Source: Candidatus Lustribacter sp. (GTDB lineage: Bacteria > Vulcanimicrobiota > Vulcanimicrobiia > Vulcanimicrobiales > Vulcanimicrobiaceae). From it: 64,000 bases of DNA. Made by a program: the position numbers and the translations under genes. The stretch covers positions 1,888,001 to 1,952,000 of the forward strand of contig OZ255842.1 in the NCBI GenBank assembly GCA_965277805.1, in the 5' to 3' direction. How positions within the stretch are numbered: position 1 is the stretch's first letter; each line of letters starts with the position of its first letter. This document shows, one piece after another, positions 57,163 to 64,000 of the stretch. Below the pieces are notes generated by a model, which saw only the letters and a program-made list of their open reading frames with translations, did not search any database and was not told the DNA's origin.

Positions 57163-58326
57163 ATGAACGAGCATACGGAGCGCCGCGCGTCGCGTCTGAG
57201 CCGCTTGACCGAAACCGCCCGCGGCACCGCTATGGGACAGCTCCTGCGGCGTTTTTGGCAGCCGGTGGCCGTCGGCCGTACCCTCGAGCCGGGGACCGCG
57301 CAGCAGCTGCGCGTCTTGGGCGAAGACCTCACGCTCTATCGCGGCGAAGCCGGCCGTCCCCATCTCGTCGGCTCGCACTGCGCGCACCGGGTGACGCTGC
57401 TCTCTACCGGCTGGGTTGAAAACGACGCGATCCGCTGCATGTATCACGGCTGGGCCTACGACGGAACCGGGGCCTGCATCGACCGGCCGGCCGAGCGAGA
57501 CGAACGGCCGTGCAACGTCCGCATCGCCGGTTACCCCGTCAACGAATACGGCGGTCTGATTTTTGCCTACCTCGGCGAGGGCGACCCGCCGCCTTTCGAG
57601 CTGCCGCGCAAGGATGTTTTCGAGGATCCCGCTCGCATCATCTATGCACGTTCCGAAACGTGGAATTGCAACTGGCTGCAAATGGTGGAGAACTCGATGG
57701 ACGCCGTGCACGTCAGCTTCGTTCATCAAAAGGGCCGCAGCGGAAACTTCATCAAAGTCGTCTCCCAGGCGATTCCGGAACTCGAGTACTTAGAAACCGA
57801 AGCCGGTATCCGGCAAATCGCGACGCGCGGCGAGGGAAACGTGCGCGTGAGCGATTGGACGTTTCCAAACAACAACCACATCAGCATTCCGGGGATGGAG
57901 CCCGGTGACGCTTGGATCGACGTCGGGCACTGGAACGTGCCGGTTGACGACGAGCACACCTACAGAATGAACATTTGGTCGACGCCGTCGCAATCGCCGG
58001 CGATCGACGAGCGGATCAGGGCGTATTTCCGGCAGGCCGGCGCCTACGATCCCGCCCATCATCACGACGAGCTGATCGTCCAAGGACGCTACCCCGCAGA
58101 CCAGCTGTTCGATCTCACCAGCGCGCAAGATTACGTCGCTCAGCGCGGCCAAGGCGTCATCGCCGATCGCGAGCACGAGATCCTCGGCCGCTCGGATGCG
58201 GGTATCGCGTTCCTGCGGCGCATCTTCAGCCGCGAGATCGATGCGATCGCCGGCGGCAAACCCACCAAAGCGTGGACGAAGTTGGCCGAAGCAGCGGTTT
58301 TGCCCGAACAAGTCGCCGCCCACTAG
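57163..58326 (+). CDS. Rieske non-heme iron oxygenase (phthalate/chlorobenzoate dioxygenase family)
   Basis: CAHR...CMYHGW, EN.MD.VH..FVH, QD..AQ..QG.I.DR..E.LG.SD. Confidence 0.88.
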   Translation: MNEHTERRASRLSRLTETARGTAMGQLLRRFWQPVAVGRTLEPGTAQQLRVLGEDLTLYRGEAGRPHLVGSHCAHRVTLLSTGWVENDAIRCMYHGWAYDGTGACIDRPAERDERPCNVRIAGYPVNEYGGLIFAYLGEGDPPPFELPRKDVFEDPARIIYARSETWNCNWLQMVENSMDAVHVSFVHQKGRSGNFIKVVSQAIPELEYLETEAGIRQIATRGEGNVRVSDWTFPNNNHISIPGMEPGDAWIDVGHWNVPVDDEHTYRMNIWSTPSQSPAIDERIRAYFRQAGAYDPAHHHDELIVQGRYPADQLFDLTSAQDYVAQRGQGVIADREHEILGRSDAGIAFLRRIFSREIDAIAGGKPTKAWTKLAEAAVLPEQVAAH

Positions 58327-58338
58327 AAAGCTGCCGCG

Positions 58339-59322
58339 ATGAAAAAGATCCCGATCACGCTGGCGTGCGGCGACTACGACATCATGCGCGCGCTCAAGGA
58401 AGGGCAAGTCGAACCCGACGGCATCGACCTCACCGTGCTGACGGCAATGGACTCATCGCCCCGGCATTGGCGCTTCTTCCGTAACCAAGAATATGACATG
58501 GCCGAGGTTTCCAGTTCGGCCTACTTCGCCTCGCGCGAACACGGCATGCCGTTTCGCGCGATCCCGGTGTTTCCGCACCGGCGCTTCCGCCACGGGTTCG
58601 TGTTCACGAATACGGCGGCCGGCATCAAGACGCCCAAGGATCTCATCGGCAAACGTGTCGGTTCGAAGGCATTCATCTTTTCCGCCACCTTGTGGCTGCG
58701 CGGAATCCTCGAGCACGAGTACGGCGTACCGCACAAGTCGATGGAGTGGTTCACCGAACTCGATGAGGACGTCGACTTCACGCCGCCGACCGACCTGCGC
58801 ATTCAGCGCATCCCGCACGACAAATCCACCGAGACGATGCTGGCCGAAGGCGAACTCGATGCGCTCGTCCACCCCGACCTGATCAAACCGCTCCTCGCCG
58901 GAGATCCCCGGGTTGGACGGCTATGGCCCGATTACAAGAGCGAAGAAATCGCGTACTACCGCAAGACCGGCATTTTCCCGATCATGCACCTCGTTGCGAT
59001 GCGCGCCGAGCTGGTCGAGAAGTATCCATGGATTCCGATCAACATGTATCGCGCATTTCAAGAATCCAAGGCCATTGCGATGAAGCGGCTCGAGAACCCG
59101 CGCATCGTTCCGCTGGCGTTCTATCGCGAAGCCTGGGAAGAACAACAAGAGCTCATGGGACCGGATCCTTGGGAGTACGGGCTCACCGATCAGAACATCA
59201 AGACGCTCGAGACCCTCGTGCAGTACTCACACGAACAAGGCTTCATCTCGCGCCGAATCCCGCTCGATGAACTTTTCCTCAACGTCACGCAAGGGCGCAA
59301 GCGCGAGGAATACCGCATCTAG
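58339..59322 (+). CDS. 4,5-dihydroxyphthalate decarboxylase-like protein
   Basis: LACGDYD, E.D..E.S...Y, PVFP.R.FRH, W.RGIL..EYG, YY..TGIFPIMH, DPW.YG. Confidence 0.8.
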   Translation: MKKIPITLACGDYDIMRALKEGQVEPDGIDLTVLTAMDSSPRHWRFFRNQEYDMAEVSSSAYFASREHGMPFRAIPVFPHRRFRHGFVFTNTAAGIKTPKDLIGKRVGSKAFIFSATLWLRGILEHEYGVPHKSMEWFTELDEDVDFTPPTDLRIQRIPHDKSTETMLAEGELDALVHPDLIKPLLAGDPRVGRLWPDYKSEEIAYYRKTGIFPIMHLVAMRAELVEKYPWIPINMYRAFQESKAIAMKRLENPRIVPLAFYREAWEEQQELMGPDPWEYGLTDQNIKTLETLVQYSHEQGFISRRIPLDELFLNVTQGRKREEYRI

Positions 59323-59331
59323 CCCCCGCGG

Positions 59332-60561
59332 CTACTTCCCGCTCACTCTCTGATTGGGCTTCAACGCGGCCCCGCCGGCGTCCGAGACGGCGATCCAGGC
59401 ACGCTTCGTGGGCGTCCATTCGCTGAGGACCACATCGCCGAGTCCGAGGCCGCGCTGGTCGCCGGTGCTGAAATCGTAGATCCCGCTCGTGCCCGCGAAC
59501 GAATGCAGCGATTCCATATAGTCGTGAATTTGGGCTGCTTTTGCGTTTGGTCCGAGCTTGCGATAGGCCGAGATCAAGAGCAACGCGGGATCCCAGGCCA
59601 GTTGTTCGCCCGCATCCGGTGTGATTTTTTCCGCTTTGAATGCGGAGAAGAACGTGGCGAGCTGATCGCGCACCGGTCCGGGCGTCATGATGTCGTAGGC
59701 CGGCCATTTACTCGATGCAAAGTACAGCTGTGACGGAAGAATTGCAGCGAGTTGATCCATTGCGGAGTACTCTTGCATCGCGAAGCTGGTGACGACCGGA
59801 ACGTCCAACCCGCCGTCATGCATCCCGTGGAACGCCGTTGCAATCGGTGCTCCCGCCGCCCAGATAACGAGTGCTTGCGGATTCGCCGCCTTGATGCGCG
59901 AGATTTGGGCACTCACGTTGATATCGGTGGGTGAATAGTGCTCGTAGCCGACAACCGCAATGGGACTATTCTCCGGGCGCTTCATCAGGTCGGTGAAGTT
60001 CGAGTCGGCTTCTTGGCCCGAGGCATCGTTCGTGGCTAGAAACGCAATTCGGGTCCAGCCCTTGTCGCGAAAGAAACGCAATGCGGCCGAGATTTCATCG
60101 AATGGCTGCACGCCGGACGAGAACACGTAGCCGCCCGTATCCGGACGCACGGCCGGACTGATGCAATAAAGGATCGGGCCGGTATGCACGACCAGCGGTG
60201 CCGTCGCTCGGCATTGAGCAGCACCGGCACCACCCAAGAGCGCTTGTGCACCGGCGGCGATGACGCCGTTGAGTAACTGCACTGATAGCTGCGGGCTCGA
60301 CTGATCGTCGAGAAATTGAAACTGCAACGGCCGGCCCTGGATACCGCCCGTCCGGTTAATGAAGCGCTGCAGCACTTGCAGGCCTTCTTGCTGCGATTGG
60401 CCGGCAAACGCGAACGTGCCGGTCAACGGCAAGATCGCCGTCAGCGGAAACGGGTCGCTCGCTGCCGGAGCGCGCCCACTGCTCAAAACTGCGAGCCCGA
60501 TCGTCACGATTATCGCAAGTGCAGTGCGCCGGCGCACCGCTAGGTTCAGCTTCATAGGCAT
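59332..60561 (-). CDS. LivJ-type substrate-binding protein
   Basis: Signal peptide; PLTG..A..G, N..GGI.GRPL, LDDQSSPQ, G..GIYDF..GDQRGL. Confidence 0.85.
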   Translation of the reverse strand: MPMKLNLAVRRRTALAIIVTIGLAVLSSGRAPAASDPFPLTAILPLTGTFAFAGQSQQEGLQVLQRFINRTGGIQGRPLQFQFLDDQSSPQLSVQLLNGVIAAGAQALLGGAGAAQCRATAPLVVHTGPILYCISPAVRPDTGGYVFSSGVQPFDEISAALRFFRDKGWTRIAFLATNDASGQEADSNFTDLMKRPENSPIAVVGYEHYSPTDINVSAQISRIKAANPQALVIWAAGAPIATAFHGMHDGGLDVPVVTSFAMQEYSAMDQLAAILPSQLYFASSKWPAYDIMTPGPVRDQLATFFSAFKAEKITPDAGEQLAWDPALLLISAYRKLGPNAKAAQIHDYMESLHSFAGTSGIYDFSTGDQRGLGLGDVVLSEWTPTKRAWIAVSDAGGAALKPNQRVSGK

Positions 60562-60605
60562 CCCCGCTTTTGTTTACTTGCCGCCTTTGGCGCGATGCCT
60601 AAAAT

Positions 60606-60625
60606 ATATTTCGAATTCCAACGAA
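60606..60625. promoter_or_regulatory. Operator-like palindrome copy 3 (ATATTTCGAATTCCAACGAA)
   Basis: Same TATTTYGAATTC motif upstream of the SBP gene at 60561. Confidence 0.5.
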
Positions 60626-60644
60626 CTCCTTCGCAACATATTTG

Positions 60645-61436
60645 CTATGGAATCGCCCGGACGACCCCGCCGTCGACTCGGATTGCGGACCCGGTCGTTC
60701 CTGACGCAGCCGGCGTGCACAAGTAGGCGATGGCATTCGCCACTTCATCACTCGTGAGAAAACGCTTGATCAGCGACGTTGGACGCGCTGTTTCGAAGAA
60801 GCGCTTCTCCATCTCCGCTAAGCTGATGCCCTCGTGCTCGGCCAGCTGCTGCACGAACGTGCCGACGCTTTCGGAGCGGGTCGGACCGGGAAGTACGCTG
60901 TTGACGGTAATGCCCGTTCCGGCGACCGATTCTGCAAGGCCGCGGGCAAGGGCGATCTGCGCCGTCTTGGTCACGCCGTAGTGAATCATCTCGAGCGGAA
61001 TCTGCAGACCCGATTCGCTGGAGACGAAAATGACACGGCCCCAGTTGCGTTCGCGCATGCCGGGCAGATAGGCACGGGTGAGGCGGACACCGCTGAGGAC
61101 GTTCGCCTCGAAAAAGCGCAACCAATCGTCGTCGGTTATTTCTTCGAACGGCTGCGGCGCGAAGATACCGAGGTTATTGATCAGGATATCGGCATTGGGA
61201 ACGGCGCGGACGAGTTGTTCCGCGCCCGCGGCAGTACTGAGGTCGCCGGCGACACCGATGACCGTGCGCCCGGCCAAGCGAAGCTCGTCTACCGCCGCAT
61301 CCACGCGCTCGGCCGTGCGGCCGGTGATCACGACGCGCGCGCCGAGCCCAGCGAGCGCGGACGCGGCGGCGAAGCCGATGCCGGCCGTAGATCCGGAAAC
61401 GACGGCAGTCTTACCGCTGAGATTGAGGTCGAACAT
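60645..61436 (-). CDS. SDR family oxidoreductase (YvrD-like)
   Basis: GSTAGIG, NNLG, SSES, HYGVTK, VN.VLPGPT. Confidence 0.9.
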   Translation of the reverse strand: MFDLNLSGKTAVVSGSTAGIGFAAASALAGLGARVVITGRTAERVDAAVDELRLAGRTVIGVAGDLSTAAGAEQLVRAVPNADILINNLGIFAPQPFEEITDDDWLRFFEANVLSGVRLTRAYLPGMRERNWGRVIFVSSESGLQIPLEMIHYGVTKTAQIALARGLAESVAGTGITVNSVLPGPTRSESVGTFVQQLAEHEGISLAEMEKRFFETARPTSLIKRFLTSDEVANAIAYLCTPAASGTTGSAIRVDGGVVRAIP

Positions 61437-61502
61437 AATGTAGCTCCTATCCTAGGACCTGCCGCAATAACCAGGTAGCGATAATCTTTCGGTTGACTGC
61501 GC

Positions 61503-62115
61503 TTAGGCGAGGGCGACCGGGTCGATCATCTCGTTGGCATCGTATGGGTGCGCGATAGCTTTGTATTTTGCGGCGGCATCGATTAACGGCTGGATGGCGC
61601 GTGAACGGCAGCCCGGCCAAGATGGCTAGATCGACGCCGGTGAACTTGGCCATCAGCGGAAGAGCCTCCGGAACGTGTCCGTTGACGTGGGCGCTCGCAT
61701 CGTTCATGACTTTCGAAAACGCCATCACCGCTGCATTTTTGTGCGATGGCATCGGCGGCGGCCGAGTTTGGTAGCTCCAAGAATTGCACGGTACTGGAGT
61801 CGCCGCCGGTCTCGTCGATCCAGGTGGAACTGGCGATCGTGAACGTATCGCCGAGTGCCGGTACGCCTAACGTTTTTCCGGCCATGTCGCGACCGGAGCG
61901 GATCGGAACGTCAATGCCGACGATGATTCCGATCGCATCGCGGATGCTGGCGTCGTAGATGGTCGCAGCGTACTCGACGAAGATCGGAAGATTGCGCGCA
62001 TGCGCTTCGAGCCGATGCGCATCGGCGTTACCGCCTGCGCGGCGACCGCTCCGGGAAGGAGCGCGGCTGCTGCCGTGCCGGCGAGAAACGCTGTTCGACT
62101 GAGGCTTCGGTTCAT
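61503..62115 (-). pseudogene. Decayed SsuA/THI5-family substrate-binding protein
   Basis: Four homologous segments in shifting frames (MNRSLSRTAFL..., AHARNLP...WIDETGGDS, AAV.AF..., IQPLIDAAAKYKAI..PYDA.EMI); 613 bp versus about 950 bp for intact paralogs. Confidence 0.82.
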
Positions 62116-63062
62116 TAGCGTGCGGCGGCGTCGCTGATGAGTTCCGTCGCCGGAAAGGGCTTATCGATGAGCTTGTACTTCGCCAGTGCATCGATGACCG
62201 GTTGAATGTCGGACGCGCTGACCGTGGTTCCCATACGCTGCCGTTGCATGTGCGCGATAACCGCGGGATCCGTTTTCGTATACGCGGCTTCATCTGCGAC
62301 CGTCGCCTCCGGATGCGCGCGGGCGTATGCGCCGGCTTCTGCCACGACTCGCGAGAACCGTTCGACCAGTGCGTGATTCTTCTCCACGTAGCTTTGCATC
62401 GCGACCCACACGCCGAGCGAGAATTGGCGCGCGATCGCGTCGTAAACATGCGCGATCTGGCGGGCGCCGTTTGCGAGCGCCGCAGCGAGCTGCGGATTGC
62501 TGAGCAAAGCTGCATCCATACGGCCTTGCGCCAACGCCGCACCGGCTGCCGAAGCCGGCAATTCAAAAAAGCGCAGCGTCTTGGAGTCGCCACCGTTTTG
62601 GTCGACCCACGCCTGCATCGCAACCGTTCCCACCGACGCGAGGGCGTTGGTGCTGATCGTCTTGTTGTTGAAGTCGCTCGCCTTGCGCAACGGCGAACCC
62701 TTCGGGACGATAAGACCGTTCGTGTCGGCGTCAACCCATAGGCCGCCCGGCGCCACGATCGTCAGCGGTACGCCACGCAAGTGCCCCTGGATGATCCCGT
62801 CAAGGCTGGAGAGACCGATGTCAAGCGAACCACCGACGACCGCGGCGGTGATGGCGTTGCCGCTCACCATCATGCTCAACTCGATCTGCAGGCCCGCTTT
62901 TTCGAACATGCCCGTGCGGATCGCGTAGGCAACCGGGGCAAGAGAATCGATCGGGGTCACGCCCAGGCGAATCGTCGTGAGCGAACTTTGTGCGAGCGCT
63001 CGAGCGGCCGGCCAAGACAGCATCGCGGTGCCCAGCACAGAGAGGCTCGTAGCACGATTCAT
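62115..63062 (-). CDS. SsuA/THI5-family substrate-binding protein
   Basis: G.FEKAGL.I, WVDQNGGDS, IQPVID..AKY..I; start ATG 63062. Confidence 0.87.
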   Translation of the reverse strand: MNRATSLSVLGTAMLSWPAARALAQSSLTTIRLGVTPIDSLAPVAYAIRTGMFEKAGLQIELSMMVSGNAITAAVVGGSLDIGLSSLDGIIQGHLRGVPLTIVAPGGLWVDADTNGLIVPKGSPLRKASDFNNKTISTNALASVGTVAMQAWVDQNGGDSKTLRFFELPASAAGAALAQGRMDAALLSNPQLAAALANGARQIAHVYDAIARQFSLGVWVAMQSYVEKNHALVERFSRVVAEAGAYARAHPEATVADEAAYTKTDPAVIAHMQRQRMGTTVSASDIQPVIDALAKYKLIDKPFPATELISDAAAR

Positions 63063-63157
63063 ACGCCCGTCTACAGCAGCTTGCCTTCGTTTTACTGCTC
63101 TTACCATGCACGAGGTACGCGTAGCACGCCTCGTGCATGGTAAGAGCAGATCAGACC

Positions 63158-64000
63158 TCAGTGATCGTAGATGGTGATGCCGAGGTTCGCTCCGACGCTT
63201 TGCGGGACGAAGACGTGGTCGTACAGACCTTCGACGGCAACCGAATGCGCGCCGGCGGACGTTGCGACCCGGGCCAGCAAGTTGCCGGTCCCGTCGAGCA
63301 CGGCCAAGGTGGCGCCCCCGGTGTCGGCGCCGTAGAACCGATTTGTTTGCGGGGCATACCAGATTTCATCGGGTGAGGGTCCCGCAACGCTATTTAGCTC
63401 CGCAAACGTAACCGCGTTGAACGTCGTCATGCTGGTCGTATTTCCACATGCTGCAACGAGCGTTTCATTTTGACCAAGCGCTAGTCCGGACGGACCGCAA
63501 TTCACGGGCAGCCCATTCGCGGATTTGAGCGTGAACGTTTTCGGGCTGAAATCGTCGATCTCGCCGTTGGGATGTACCGTCGTCGACGGAAGCGCCGTGA
63601 GGAACAGACCTTGCGCCGGATCCCAGACGGTTTGTTCGCCACCGCCGTTTGCCGTCGGAAGCGCAACCTGGCCGAGGATATTGTAGGGCGCTGATCCGGA
63701 GAAGAACGTGATGAACACGGGACACGCGTTGTCGCTCACTGCCGCGATCACGTTATCGGTCGGGTCATACGCCATTTCGTCGACGCGGAAATTTCCAGCG
63801 CCGACGGTCGGCACACCGGTGGTCGCCCCTACTGTGCCTTGGCAAATGTTCGGCGCCAGATTCGGTCCGGTGTACGGATTAGGCACCGGAATTGAAGCGA
63901 CGACCGAGCTCGAGATCGAAGACACGTTGACGATCTTCAGCGTGCTGTTTCCGTCACCGGCAGCCACGAGGCCGTTGCCAAGCGATACGTCGCCGTTGGG
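63158..64000 (-). CDS. Beta-propeller (YVTN/NHL-like) hypothetical protein, N-terminus beyond the window edge
   Basis: Frame open to 64000; AGDG.S, R.DE.AYDP, GEQ.VWDP, C.P.GLA, AHSVAV repeats. Confidence 0.6.
   Translation of the reverse strand, partial: PNGDVSLGNGLVAAGDGNSTLKIVNVSSISSSVVASIPVPNPYTGPNLAPNICQGTVGATTGVPTVGAGNFRVDEMAYDPTDNVIAAVSDNACPVFITFFSGSAPYNILGQVALPTANGGGEQTVWDPAQGLFLTALPSTTVHPNGEIDDFSPKTFTLKSANGLPVNCGPSGLALGQNETLVAACGNTTSMTTFNAVTFAELNSVAGPSPDEIWYAPQTNRFYGADTGGATLAVLDGTGNLLARVATSAGAHSVAVEGLYDHVFVPQSVGANLGITIYDH

Noticed and set aside
1-64000. CRISPR array, tRNA/rRNA, IS or prophage
   Set aside because: No regularly spaced repeats, RNA gene signatures, transposase, integrase or phage genes were recognised by eye; a covariance-model search was not possible.

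Overview
A GC-rich bacterial chromosomal window with about 60 tightly packed genes. I found no rRNA, tRNA, CRISPR array, transposase or integrase. The gene style (many orphan SsuA/THI5- and LivJ-type solute-binding proteins, leaderless genes, MalT-like LuxR regulators) suggests a soil bacterium such as Eremiobacterota/Vulcanimicrobiota; this is inference only. Left arm: hydantoinase B end, MazF-type toxin-antitoxin pair, paoABC-like Mo aldehyde oxidoreductase, cydAB, PP2C/STAS module, chloroperoxidase-MFS-flavin monooxygenase, and a thioester-less alpha-2-macroglobulin head-to-head with pbpC. Right arm (41.5-59.3 kb): an aromatic-acid catabolic cluster with two phthalate-dioxygenase-type Rieske oxygenases, five putative decarboxylases from three fold classes, a carotenoid/lignostilbene oxygenase, an LLM monooxygenase and two MarR regulators. 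A repeated 20-bp operator-like palindrome links parts of this cluster. The best candidate for a novel system is at 32.3-39.8 kb: two divergent, AT-richer STAND-ATPase/TPR-like/LuxR regulators. Downstream of the first lie a lux-box-sized palindrome at about -43 from a TACGAT -10 box, a Shine-Dalgarno, an unannotated 27-aa signal-peptide-like ORF (MKLLLAQALAFALVAFVTIQTTILPPL, 33850-33933, minus strand) and two complementarily degenerate HD-GYP genes. This looks like a putative peptide-based quorum-sensing circuit coupled to c-di-GMP. A second unannotated 59-aa Cys/His-rich ORF and three deletion-decayed pseudogenes were also found.
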